A stretch of DNA of 64,000 bases, from positions 1-64,000 of the forward strand of contig NW_003314356.1 in NCBI RefSeq assembly GCF_000143415.4, given 5' to 3'. The stretch comes from Selaginella moellendorffii (lineage: Eukaryota > Plantae > Lycopodiophyta). The notes beneath the pieces are model-generated. The model was given only the letters and a program-made list of their open reading frames with translations. It made no database searches and was not told where the DNA came from. Both the position numbers and the translations under genes were made by a program. Each line of letters begins with the position of its first letter. Within the stretch, counting starts at the first letter, position 1. Of this stretch, positions 51,110-64,000 are shown in pieces.

Positions 51110-52282
51110 GCATAAGTACATAGAGTTCTGCCTTGCAGAAATTCCTCCATTAGATCTCATGTGTTCGCTAGTTCTCCTTTGGTTCCCATATTGCTTCGCA
51201 GTGTGGAAATCCTTTTTACTTCATATGGAACTCTCTCATCTCACGTCCTTGTCGCTTGCTCTGCACATTGAGGATGGCCTCGACTTTGTATTCCTCTTCC
51301 CCTTGGATAACCTCAAATAAAGGTCTTACTTGGTCCTTGCGAAGCGGATCCTCAAAGTACGGCTTGAGTAAGTTCAAGTGGAACACTGGGTGCATCTTCC
51401 CTATCTCTCGAGGAAGTTGGAGACGGTAAGCCACTTTACCGATTCGTGCCTCAATCTTGTAAGGCCCCGCGAACCTACTTAAGGGACTCAAGATCAATTC
51501 ATTTACAGGAATACATGCAGTTTTACCTTTGGGTCAACTTCCAGCTAATCCCACTTGGTAGCCTGAGGTTCTTGGTGTTCAGCCACACCTTCTCTCCAAC
51601 TTGGAACTCTACATCCCGGTGCTTTTGGTTCGTGTACTTGGTTTGCCTTTGTTGCGCCCGTTCCAAGGAATCCTTCACTAGATTCCAAATGTTGAGTCTT
51701 TCCGCCGTGAATGCCTCCATTGTGGGTAACTCTCCATGATACTCGCCCACGCCAAGCTCCACAGGACCTTCAATAGCTTGCCCATTGATGACTTCCCATG
51801 GACTCACCCTAATACTCGAATGTGGTGAGTTGTTGTAACACATTTCCACAAGTCCCAAGTGACTTACCCAATCAGTCTGGTCTCCAGAGACATAGCATCG
51901 AAAATAATCTTTCAGCTGCCTATTCACCCTTTCCATTTGTCCGTCTGTCAAGAAGTGTTAGTGCCATCAAACTTGCTTTAATACCCAATACTTGTTTGTG
52001 GGTAATAGGTTATGCTGAATTTCAACTTGGTGCGATACTGTTTCAGGAGAGTTCTCCAGAACCTACTGGTGAAGATCTTATCTCAATCTGAGATGATCTC
52101 TTCTAGCCTTCCCCGCACTCGAACCACTTGTTCGAAGAACAATTTCGCCACACCTTCCGCATCCACTTCCGTTTTGGTGGGTATGAAATGTGCCATCTTT
52201 GAAAATCAGTCCACCACCACAAATATCACATCGAATCCCTCACTTGGGGGGAGTCCCGTGATGAAGTCCATCATAAGACATT
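51110..52282 (-). pseudogene. Chromovirus-type Gypsy integrase + chromodomain, 5'-truncated
   Basis: MDFITGLP, TDGQMERVNRQL, GPYKIEARIGKVAYRLQLP, MHPVFHLNLLKP; chromodomain EEEYKVEAIL...KGFP...WEP. Confidence 0.92.
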
Positions 52283-54120
52283 TGTAGAACAACTCCCAAT
52301 TAAATATCTAGATTGTTAGCAATAAATTTGAAAATCTTCATCAGGATTATAAGTAGGTGATATCATGCTAGAAGTTATGATTATAAAAGCTTATGGATGT
52401 GATGAGTTTGAAAACTTTAATAAACTTTTAAAATTTCAACAATTTTATTCAAGATTGTCTTTAGCCAATGGATATTAAATTATATATAGCTAAAAATTTA
52501 GAAAATTTCAGTTAAAAAAAATTACAATTAATTTAATTAAAAACGGGATTATCTAAATGAGGATATGATTATAAAAATATACAGATTAAAAAAGGATTAA
52601 TATTTTTAATAAAATAAAATCTAGCACTTAAATAATAGTCTTATTATAATTTGTATATGTTACTATATTTAATATACCATAATAACATTATCAATGCTAG
52701 GAGAAATGAAAATTAGTGATTAAAGTCACAACTACGCTGGGAGTATCATGTTTATTACTAATGTCCTAGTATCTTCAAAGAGTTGTAATTGTAATTGTGA
52801 TTTTTAATATAATCATATTGATAACATGCCAATTTGACCATCATATAATCTTTATATTAAAAATCCCATCTATAATTGACTCTATCACAAGCACAAATCA
52901 TAACATAATAAATAAAACTCATAACATTATATCACATTTAAAACTCTGATTGTTGAGTGAAGTTCTGGATCTTCTATAAATAGAATACCTCACTATGGAA
53001 TCCCATGGCTAGAAGAGTCATTCAGAGATTGAATTTTGGTAACTAGTTTATTCTTTTATTTGAAATCTATATAATTGATAAAGATATATTATTACTTGAT
53101 GATTCATTCAACACTATCATTTTTCTACTTACTAAAGTAAGTGTTAATTAAGTGCACTAAAATATATTGAAGTTAAAAAAAATAGATTTAAAACTCACAT
53201 AAAATACATACATTTTAAAAATTTAAAAATAAAAACATTGTTATGGAGTTTAGTTTTACATCTTTTCAGACTGAAATTTCTTTAATTGCATGATACTAAG
53301 TTTAATGTATCTTTATGTGTTTTATTTTATTTGAAGAACTTTAAATATTTTAAATATTTATCTTCAATATTCCCTTTTTGCCTAATATTTCTGTTCATGC
53401 ATTTTCACTAATTTTTAAATTTTAAACTATTCTATTATATATTATAAACATTCATTTTGTATATGTTTTATATAGAGAGAATGTTAATCTGAATTAGGAT
53501 TATTTTCTCTGTATATTTATTTATTTTTTAAAAACATTAAGGCTTGATAACTATGTTATTAATGCATAAAATTTTATAATGATAAATGTATGGTAAGGTT
53601 TGACTCTATAGTGGGCAGGAGTAGGATTCAATGATATATAATCCTTTTCTTTATGCTAGAACTATAATATATCTGAAAATTCATAAATGGTATATAGATA
53701 GCTTTAATATAAGTAAATTTCAATTGATGATGAATCAAATTTCTTTGTATGGTCCAAGTACTAATTTTGTCTTATCATATTTAAACATTATTATGTTTTT
53801 CTTGTATAAATGCAATGTCAGAAAAAGTGGTAGTGTACATAGTTTTTTTTTTTTTATAATATTTTTATATTTGTATTTGACATCCTCCCCATTCATAATA
53901 TTTGTATTTATACTTTTAAGAATAAAAATCAGAAGTTAAATTATTTTTTCTATATCATTATCATTGTTATGTATATAGCTTTATATAAAGAGAATGCTAA
54001 TAGGAATTAAGATTATTATCTGTATGTTTCATTTATTTTTATTCAAATCTATTGCATTATAACAATGTTATTGAGGCTAAAATTTTTCAAAGAAAGTAAC
54101 ATTATACTCTAAAATTGGGG
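52283..54120 (-). mobile_element. AT-rich Helitron-family internal sequence
   Basis: 52283-53025 is homologous to 6132-6886. 53860-54075 is homologous to 8560-8785. Confidence 0.7.
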
Positions 54121-54125
54121 TATCA

Positions 54126-54375
54126 TCAAACTCTTTATTTAAAGTTGCTATTTTGGCATCAGCGTCACATATTCCATTTTTAGAATATCCATTTTTACTT
54201 ATGGTGGATGCTCCCAATCGGACAGACTAGATCTGTGATGCTCCAAAAGAACGGTGAAGATCGTTACATGGTGGCAAAAACGGTGGCAGAGACCCCAGCT
54301 CCGCTAGGAGATATAGCATACCCAAGATCTTCTTTCTAATTTTACAATGTTAAACATTTTGATTGTATACAAGTT
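54126..54375. mobile_element. Plus-strand Helitron 5' end joined to a clipped minus-strand 3' hairpin
   Basis: a|TCAAACTCTTTATTTAAAGTTGC at 54126 is the reverse complement of the 13168 end. GCAGAGACCCCAGCTCCGCTAGGAG at ~54285 lacks the terminal CTA. Confidence 0.65.
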
Positions 54376-56087
54376 CAAATGATGTTATGTCAATTGTTAT
54401 AAGATATAATTGCTTTCTCTTGATATCAATTGTTCAAATGCAAAAGACTGGCATTCTGGCCATGCACAGCTCTACATGACTTGATGCCATACAACTCCAT
54501 ACCATTGGGATGCTATTTAAGGAAAACATCACTCAAGCTCTTCAGTCAACTTTGCTCCTGGTTTTAGCAAGACACGGGTGGCCTTGCATCCACAAACAGC
54601 GAGCTCCTCCTGTACAAGTACCTCTTTATGGGGCAGAACCATCACAAAAAATGAATAAAAGCATTGTTTACCATGCAAACATGCAAGCTTTTACCATGTG
54701 TTTTAATCTAGGCAGTCATTTGAAAGTGATCAAATAGTAACTGCGCAAGTCCTCCAAGTGAGAATGGAATTGAGAGATAACATATAATAAGTAAAGCAAA
54801 GATTCTTAATTTATGCAATCATCTTGAATTAACTCTATCATTTGAATTTTGTAACTCCATTGACACCCTAAACGTCTTCAAATAAACAATAAAATAATAA
54901 AAATTTAATATTTTTTAGAATATTTTATTTTAATAATTTTTAATTATCTTGTTTTTCTAGTTTCTGCAAGTTTTTCTAGTTTTCTAGTTTTTCTATTTTT
55001 TAATTATCTTGTTTTTCTGGATTGATTAAATAGCAATCTATCTAAAAATATTTATCCACAAGATTGTTTCCAATCAAAAATTTTAAAATTTTAATTTGTT
55101 AATTTATAAATTACATCAAGATGAAGTTTTGATGAAGATTGATTTCTCAACTAAAATCTATTAAACCCACTATGATCAGCTGAGACAGGAAAAGAAATGA
55201 GTGTTTTTTAGTGTTAGAGGCAATTGCTCATATCTACATGCACCTCATAAACATCCACTCATCATTTTGTTGCTCCTACTCATCTATAGTTTCCAGTTTT
55301 TGAAGTCGCAGCATCTTCTTGCTTTTCCACATGCAATTTATCTATTTCATAAAGGACTTATGGTTGTTTTACCAGATCATTAACAATTGTCATTGGAGTG
55401 TCTTCACCAACGTCAATTTCTTCAAGATGCAAAGAATCTGCATTCAGGTGCTTTTCAACTTTGACAATCCTGCTCACTCTGATATGGGAAAAAATCTCCT
55501 AGTTGCTAAAGATCTATCAGCAAGACAGTGATGAAAAAATTTCCAGATCGCAGAACAAATATCGCAACTGGACTTCTATCAAGACCCTCACATAGTGCTT
55601 CTCAAGTTGTGTCTCTGCTGTGCACAATCCTTATGCCCTTAAACCATGATACAATGCATGCACGAAGGTGGTGTTGTCAGGATGGTTACTGTGGTGGAGC
55701 ATTCCCTGGAATACACAAGGCTTGGTTTGGCAAACCATTTTGATTCCAGGCCAAGAGCATTCACAAAGTCCTCTCAGTTCTTTTGGAAGTAGACCTCTGA
55801 ACACGTTGCATATAGCATGACCAATTTCCAAGGACAGTGGAGGTTGCAAAACCAACTCTATGCCTCATTTCAAGTGGCAGTGGCCTTGATGATAGAGCCA
55901 CGTAAGATCCAGTTTATGGATTACATGGTTTAGATCTAGAGCAGCATCCATCACAAGAAGAACATTGTTTTGGTTCAAAGTCCAAGACTGGACTGGCTGA
56001 TTCTGTAATGAATCTCTTCAACTCTTTAGAGGTCTCCCACTTTCCCAATCTGGTCTTCCACTGGGAACTTGATGTCCAGTCTGCTCC

Positions 56088-56177
56088 CTTCGATGGTAGG
56101 ATAGAGGCCTACCATGGTGGTGACAGGTAATGGGGAATTAGGGTTCGATTCCAGAGAGGGAGCCTGAGACACGGCTA
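56088..56177 (+). pseudogene. ~90-bp 18S rRNA fragment
   Basis: TTCGATGGTAGGATAGAGGCCTACCATGGTGGTGAC..GAATTAGGGTTCGATTCC.GAGAGGGAGCCTGAGA.ACGGCTA matches conserved eukaryotic SSU rRNA, with a few substitutions. Confidence 0.92.
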
Positions 56178-57239
56178 TGGTGGAATTGGGCAATTTTTTC
56201 CAAGCACACCGTCTTATGCTTAGACAACATTCCTGGAATAAAACACTTAAATGAAACTATCCACCGTTGCAAAATATATGATAGAGGAAAGCTCGAGATC
56301 ATAGTTGGTGTTGTATTTTCCTGCATGTCTACCTGCAGCAGAGAGCATTTTTGAACCTTGGCATATCCTCCCAAATGGTTGCCATGACCTTGGTGCTCTA
56401 CGACATGGTGCTCAAATTATCCTTGCTTGGATCTATAGCCGCTACAGCATCGCCTGGATCTGGGATTGAGCATTGCTGATCTTGATCATTTTGCTTATGC
56501 AAAGAAAAGAGCCAAGATAGGAGAAGGATGTAAGCCAGTCTGCTGTTTTGCCTCAAATTTCTATCCACTGCCACAAACCAAGGACATGCTCTTGCTAATT
56601 ACTCTCAAGAAAGCTCCTTCCTTGGCAGAGAGCCCTTTGGTTCCACCAGAGGCATCTGATAAAATTAGAATTATTTTTCTCACGTCCACAGCACTTTCTT
56701 GGCAACGCAAACACAAAGAGCCATTCACTCAAAACTCAAAACCACCTCTTTACCATTAACTCAAAACCACTCCATTCCCATAAAGAAATACAGTTTGCTC
56801 AGTCACCTTTCCTAAGCTTAAAGATCGCCCTGTCTGATATAGCTGCTCTGCTACATAACTTCATCGGCATTCTTGAAGCCATACTGCAGATCTCAGGGTA
56901 ATTCATCTATCATTAATCTCGCACTAATTTATTTCATTCATAATATATAACGTATTCATAATGTCTTCGTAAACAAGCTTATGTGTGTATGTGTTAATAT
57001 GTGGTTAAGCTTATGCCAAATAAACATACGTACAAATATGTAACATATTCACAGTTGATTTATATGATTCATATATCATATCATGCTCATGTTTTTATAC
57101 TTGATAATTATATTGATAACAGATTGCAGAGTACTTACATAATTAGGAATCTTATCATTGAAAGTCCATAAGATCCACAACCAAACTGTTCACTTTGTCT
57201 ATCAAGCTCCTCATTCCACTCACAGCATTGCGTGTTGAA

Positions 57240-58960
57240 GAGAGCATCGAGACTGCTTGCTCCTCGGGTATTAACGCAGGCACCGACTTAGTATTCTAAC
57301 AAAATCCCACAGTCAAGAGTTCTCCAAACTTTCAAAACACCACAACACTTTCAAAGAATGGAATTTCATTTGTGTCAAAAAATATATATATATATAGCAA
57401 AAAAGAGAGAAGAAAAAAGAAAAAAGTCTAAGTGAAACCAACCAACCTCCGAGATTTCATTTGCATCACTGTAAATAAGCATCGATGCTAAATCTTGCTC
57501 CTCATCATCCAAATGCCACCAGGTATTGATTCTCTTCACCACCGGCTTTTGATGGTTTGGATCTCTTCTAAAATGTATCATAAAAAAATCCTTGCCACGT
57601 TTTGCTCTTGGTTCTGCCTCGGCCTGCAAGTCTCATGGACGGGTTCAGAAGGGAGGCAGTAATAGCAAAATTTCTGCACCAAAACGAGGATTAATTAACC
57701 AGCGAGCTATATAAGTATCCACCGTTTGCATTTCGCCGTCAAGCCATGATAGGCTCAAACGCTTATCTTTGTATGCAGTGGCAGCAGCAAAATTGTGGCT
57801 ATCAATGTCCTTGCTTACGAGCTCATCTTGCACGATTCTCATCGTCTAATATGAGAAACTCGTCAGCTAGAAACAACAAGAAAGAAAAATCTTACACTGT
57901 GGAGTTGATCAAGCAGAAAACAAGGCCTTCCAGCAACCACAACGTAATACCATGTTTCTACATCTTTTCCAGCTGCGGAGAAGTCCATGGGATCACATCA
58001 GAGTTTGGAAGCCGTGATGCTTCTCAGCTCAAATTGCAATTCAAAAGATAGCAAAAGGAGGAAGAGCCTACGTAGTACTTACCATGAACTTTATGTTCTT
58101 CCACAGTTTCCATGAAGGAGTCAGTGGTCAATTTACCCCCAAAGTGAAAGAAATCATCTCAAAGCTGCCGAAAAGAAGATTCTTACCATAAACAATTATG
58201 GGCTGGACACCTGGATCTTTGATGAAAACTACTGCTGGTGACAATTCTAATCCAAGCCTGCTCCACACGCAAAAGCATTAATCAATTCATGTGATTATTA
58301 CTAAAACTGCCGGCTTTTCCAAATCGAAGCTTCCTCTTGCCTCCACAAAACACATCTGAAAGACATCAACTCGGAGTACTTCTTGGCCGCTCCTCTTACG
58401 AATGAAAGTGCACGCTCTCTTGTGTCAAAAAAAAGAATAACTTTCACCTAAAAAGAAGTGCAAAAGAGAGAGATTTTGATTAGCATCGTAATTTTTTTTA
58501 ATGCTACTATAACAGCACCTTATGCGGTCCAGATTTTTGAATGAACTCGGGTATCTGCGTGACTTTAGTCAGTGCTTGTTTTGGATTTTAGTGAAAATTG
58601 TGGCTACCTAGTTCTGAGAAGAATAATAACAAATGCGAGGAAGATCGAGAAGCAGCATTGCTGTCCCAGTCCAGTATAGAATCGCAGCTGAGGCCTTTGG
58701 AGTACCTACAGTGTTTGTCAGGAAAAGCAGAACAAGGCTTCATGAATCTACCGAATCAGGCATTTTAATTCTCAAAACCCAGCGGCTTGGCAACAAGAGA
58801 TGGAATTCCTGAAGAAAAAAATGAAAGAAAATGAAAGAAAATAGGAGGTTTATGTGTTTATGGCGTCTGATCCACCTCTTTCCTGCCAAGAGCTTTGCGA
58901 GTTGAACTTCTCCTAGCTCGACTCTCAAAAGATTAATTTGGCCTTCGAGAACTTCCGCTG
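57240..58960 (-). pseudogene. Captured multi-exon fragment of a plant DnaJ/thioredoxin-like (DNAJC16-like) protein
   Basis: LLRVELGEVQLA, FIQKSGPHK, VILFFDTRERALSFVRGAAKKY, VLWRQEEASIW, PAVVFIKDPGVQP, KRLSLSWLDGEMQ. Many ~50-nt introns. No J domain present. Confidence 0.75.
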
Positions 58961-59825
58961 GAATCACGAACAGCATGGTTGGAGAAAACACGAACACGCA
59001 AAGCATTACCCAGTCTTTCCCACACTGGTGAGATCCCAAACTTGCCCAGTCTTTTTTTTTTTCCCGTTTATCTGCCGCCTCTCATCTTTTACTGGATTTG
59101 ATTGAAGCTGCCAAACCATACCAGCACTGTCAATTTCGCCTTCATTGCTGTCATTTCCCTTTCGTCAGTGTCACTGTCAACCTCGTGCAAAAATGACAGA
59201 CAGGAACGTCTCTTTTTCTTCTTCTGGAGCTAACGTTCCTATTCCCTGCAACACAGATGGATTCAGATATACGGCCACAGAGATGGGATGTGGGCTTACT
59301 TTTTCTACAGCTTCTCTTTCTCATCCTCCTCTATCTTGGTGTGCAAGTTGTCACTCTGCAGCAGCACAGAAATGAAACAAAGTGATGAAACAGGTCAGCT
59401 ACCTTTTCCACTAACTACTCCCTAGAAGTCCAACAGTCTCTTGCGCTCTCCAGAATCTGTGGCAGTGAGCTCCGGTAATGAGAAACAGATGGCAAATAAA
59501 AATCACCTCTGATGTCCCCTTCTTCTTGAGGTCTTGGATGTGTAGTATACTGGATGAGAAAGTTCTACTTCTCATCCGGTGTGCTTCTTCTCCCATAATA
59601 AAATTTTAGCATCCAATATGCTCCAGATACGGACAGCCATATTAACCGTTTCTTAAACCTAAAACCAAGCTCTTTGCCACCATGTAACAATCCTCACCAT
59701 TGCTTTGGAGCGTCACAAATCTGGATCGTTGAATTGAGAGCATCTGCCATAAGTAAAAATGGATATTCTAAAAATGGAATATGTGATGCCGATGCCAAAA
59801 TAGCAACTTTAAATAAAGAGTTTGA

Positions 59826-61535
59826 CTAGCAAAGACCACAGCTCCGCTGGGAGATATAGCATACCCAAGATAAATAGATCTTCTTTTCTAATTTTATTGT
59901 ATACAATCATTATAATTTATTATCAGATAAATGATAAATCAGAAATTATAAATGAATTCTCAATAAAAAATTTAGTTATAATTCTATTGTTGTGAATATT
60001 CAAGTGCTGATAGAAATGATGACTAACATGTATTATTCCCCTTTTCAATTATATTCTGAGACTCTCGCTCGAGAAGCTCTCATATTCAAAACCTGATTTT
60101 AGATCTTGATATAGTTTATCTCTGAGAGATATAGCATACCCAAGATAAATAATTCTTGTTTTTCTAAGTTTAAAGTTTTAGAAATTTTTATTGTATATAA
60201 AGTTAGATTTATCTAAAATTCTACTATTCATCTCTAGAGAAATGCACAATAATTCAAAAAGATAATAATGCAAGTGTTGGAGATAATAAGATAATTTTTT
60301 ATCATCATTAAATTTAAATATGATGTTTTTATTACCTTTATAAAATGGTGCACAAGCCTAAACACATCTACAGAATTGCTGCCATGCTTGAAAAGCAATT
60401 AAGTTTTCACAAAACCAAAGAATCATAGACTACCAAAAAATAATAGGTTAGTTTTGAGAAATGATAATTTTAATTGCATATTGAGTTAAATTCTTTTTAT
60501 CTGAACTATAATAATGCCTCTAACATTCATAGTTTACTAAAGAATAATAGAATTTCTATTATGTGTCTGGTTTTACATTTTAAAACATACATAAATATCT
60601 ATCTAACTTGCTACCACATTTATATTAAACCTCATAAGCTGACACTGGAGAATGGTTTAGATTATAGATTCTAAATCAAACTAATATTCTCTTTGATATT
60701 CATCCAAAGATAATAATTATATTATACATATAATTTTGTATTAAGACAAATCTGTATTACTGCTTCATGATAAAATTATGAATTCATGTCTGATATATGA
60801 CATGGTATCTATTATGGTATAAGATATCTCATACACATACAAATATCAAATCCATTTCTTAATAATATCTAAAAAATTAGCAAAGTCTTTTATATTTTTA
60901 TGTAGTATTCTTGCTCATAACCTCACTTAAATCTACCATCAGCTTTATATGAATTTTATCTTTTTTCTGAATATAAACAATGATTTATTTTCTATAGTTA
61001 AAACATATGCTTTACATAAGTCTTTTGATCTAGATTTTTTCTGCATATGTATTATCTTAATCCCTATCAAAAAATAAGGAAGATGTTTTGTTAGTTCAAA
61101 ATGGTAAATTAATTGCTTAAAATAATAAAAGTTAATGGTTTCTAAATAAAGAAAAATTATGTGTCACAATTGTGGGAAAAATATAACTCCACTGGAAAAT
61201 ATAGAAATAATATTTTAAAAATATTTATATGAGATTTTTGATAAAATAAAAGTTATTAATACATCTATAATGCAGAACATACATTAACAATAGATCAAGA
61301 GTGTGTAAGTCATTTTGTACCATATAATATAAAAGATAACTACTATGAAATTCAAATGATGAAGAGACAAAATACTTGAGAAGGAAAAACATAGAAGAAA
61401 TTTTATACAAATAAGGATTTCAAAGGTTAAAAAGAGTGGTCTAAATGAACTTCTCATGGAAAAGAGTTTCAGGTTAAACATTAGTACAATAACTCCCAAT
61501 TAAGTATCTAGATTGTTAGGAATAAATTTGAATCT
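59826..61535 (-). mobile_element. Helitron-like 3' end and AT-rich body
   Basis: CTAG at 59826-59829 plus hairpin. Collinear with 4617-6180. Abuts a 5' TC end at 59825. Confidence 0.8.
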
Positions 61536-61559
61536 TATGCTCCGTAGGCCACCTTGCAA

Positions 61560-61990
61560 GGCATGCTGTTGTAGGGGCACGTACTGCTTAAGAGCTTTGG
61601 GATTGTTCACAGTGACTCAGTAAGCTTCTGGAGCTTCAAGTAGCTCGCTTCAGTTAATCTCGCAAACAGATTTCGTCCAATGAGCACAACAGCGCTCTTT
61701 GGCCATCCTGTCTCAAAGCTGTCTTTGGAGAGCACGAATTTGTATGCCTCTGGTGTGGCAACCAGGATGGTGGGCTGCTAGAACAGAAATGCCTTGTAAA
61801 ACCCACTCGATTATACCTGAAACCAAGAAGTGACCCATGAAAGAGTATGGTAATCCAGACTTGAAGGCTCTGAGAAAAGCAGCCATGTTGATAAAGACGG
61901 GCCATCCAAGCGGACCCGGTGGAAGTGGAGGCTGTCCCGGCTTTAGCACCGGCTCATAGTACCACTTGTGTAAAAATCTCGAGAATGTCG
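61560..61990 (-). pseudogene. Captured fragment of CYP88-like cytochrome P450 (ent-kaurenoic acid oxidase-like)
   Basis: WYYEPVLKPGQPPLPPGPLGWPVFINMAAFLRAFKSG, YKAFLF.QPTILVATPEA and GWPKS match the CYP88 N-terminus. Frameshifted. Confidence 0.8.
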
Positions 61991-62299
61991 GCAAACAGTC
62001 ACTGCCATGTTGCTTTCCAGTGATAGAGGAGGAAGAACCCCATAATGGTACAGCGTTGGCACTCAACTATGGTGTCTGATTAATTGAGCAGCCAGTCACG
62101 TTCATATTAGTGGCTCCAGTGACGATAACTCGAGAGCACCACTGCTGTATTCGCAGTGCACTCCTCGTTGGGAAATTTCAAGCAAATACTGGATATTTTG
62201 ATCGGCTCCAAAACTGTAAACACAAAATTTCAGGATTGTATCCCCACTGCAAGAATATGGCAACCATAAATTCTCTGCCTTTCATTATTAGAGCTCAAC

Positions 62300-64000
62300 A
62301 CTGAATCTCAGTAGTTTCCAATCAAAAGAACCAAAATAAATAAATCCCAGCCTTTCTGCCACTCCTGGGAATAAGAAGGGAGACCTGCAATAGGAAAACC
62401 AGGCTGTAAAACACACAAGCACCTCCAAAAGCTCATTCATTGGAAATAAGAACAACTACTTTTTCTAGAATTCGACATATTCTACTTTACCATAAATTAC
62501 CTGGACAGTGTCATGAGTTTAAGGTTGATTAAACCTGCAATCCTTACTATTATGTGCTGAGATTACTTCATTTTCACATTTTTACATCTTCATTTTCCGA
62601 TCCATCTTTTCTCCTACAGAAACATCAAACATCAGTAAGTGATCCACATCAATGAGAAAGAAAAGTGCCACAAAGATATCAGAGTCAATAACAATAAAAA
62701 GAATAGTTGTATTGATTGTGAGCCATTAGCTTGAATGCCACAGCAGTTTGTAAAAATAATCACAAGACTGGATGTGTAGTTTACAATGGCACAAAAGGGA
62801 AGAGACCTCTCTTACCTCACTCATTTGATCGAGAAAACGTGACTTGTCATCTTTCTCTCTGAAACATACACAAAGTGAGCAAATGAAAGGAGTTGAGAAT
62901 GTAAAGGCACATATATCTGGTGAGCTCGATGACATAGCAAAAGTGTACATGACAACATCAATCCTAGAGGTCCCACCTCGATCAGGCTGCTTGCATTATA
63001 GAATTGGTGCTGGATCATCGCTGCCATCTTCACTCGGACTGGGACTCAGCTCAAAAGTAACGATGTTTGTCGAAATAAATGCTACTTTCTTCATGAATGA
63101 CAAATATCATTGGTGTTATTCAGACTGAGAAGGACCGTCTCCATTATAAAGCCACACTAATAAAAAAGAGCATAAGTGAAAGCAATGGAAAACATGAGAG
63201 CAATACCAAGAGGAAGCAAGAACGAATGTTGGAGTTCTGTACTTGTGTTTGCAAGTGAATCCAAGCGTTCCCTTGCTGGCCTGGCATACTCACAAGAGGA
63301 GGACAACAAAAGGCCTCGTCCAGTAGTTTTATCATTGGTGCCGCCAAGGTTTCACTGCCACCAAGGCCAGCAAGCCCAATTTCCGTCCAGCTCTCGCCTA
63401 AAGAGATTGCAGGATTTAAATACATTCTGTTCATCATTTGGTTTTACTGTTACTTTGAAAGATTGAATCAGCAACTCACCACAGCTGAGAACAGTTTGAA
63501 CCAGCTACGTTCTGGCACATAAGAAAATTGGTATGCTATTCAGATGGAATCATGTCAAGGATTGAGCAACTGAAACTAAGCTTTTCACCAAGGCAAGAAC
63601 AAATAAAAAATGTAATAAAATTACCAGTCCTTCCCCCTGGGTCAAGCAGATAAATTCTAATTGCTGACCCACTGCATTGGCCAGTGCCGGGTGCTTCCTG
63701 GCCTGAGTGGCATGACACAAGATCAGATCACCCGAAAGAACACAAAACCTGAGGAGTTACCTGCTAATTTCCAGAGCTTTCTCATGGAACCCAAGGAGAG
63801 CCTCTTCCCGCAATAGTCCACTTTCTTTTTTTATTGAAACGACCAAGGAAACAAACAGCCTGTCAAACACACTTGAGGAGAGTTACTTACCTCCTAAACC
63901 TGATCAGCTGCTGATGGTGAACGTATCACCTGGCTCTTTTCAATCTTGGCATATGCAACTCACTGTCCTTGGCAAATAAAAAGGTTCTGCAGGATGCTCG
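62300..64000 (-). pseudogene. Unidentified small-exon gene fragments
   Basis: Repeated minus-strand splice signals (TTACC / CTGCA on plus) flanking short coding-like segments. Family not recognised. Confidence 0.35.

Noticed and set aside
56088-56177. Functional rRNA gene
   Set aside because: Only ~90 bp, mutated, with no flanking rDNA.

Overview
Eukaryotic plant genomic DNA made almost entirely of transposons. Tiny ~50-nt GT-AG introns and land-plant gene fragments suggest a compact non-seed-plant genome such as the lycophyte Selaginella (inference). There are two assembly gaps and no intact host gene is visible. The flanks (1-20 kb and 52-64 kb) are minus-strand Helitron-like units: AT-rich bodies with hairpin+CTAG 3' ends abutting TC 5' ends. 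They carry chains of captured gene fragments (BIG ARF-GEF, FGAM synthase, LAF3 amidohydrolase, Kelch protein, DnaJ-family protein, CYP88/KAO, 18S rRNA). The middle is a nest of Gypsy LTR elements, LTRs and a complete TRIM. The most notable object is a 13,292-bp DNA transposon (29116-42407, 24-bp TIRs, ATTC TSD) inserted in a Gypsy pol. It encodes a Sola-like DDD transposase and, divergently, a ParB-like plus N6/N4-methyltransferase-like protein and an FCP1/HAD phosphatase-like domain. About 25 copies of a fixed-geometry palindrome (TGGCRTG-N6-CAYGCCA) are dispersed through it, and I did not find the motif outside it. This is a candidate transposon-encoded self-recognition or anti-silencing system. 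All family assignments come from motif recognition by eye, not database searches.
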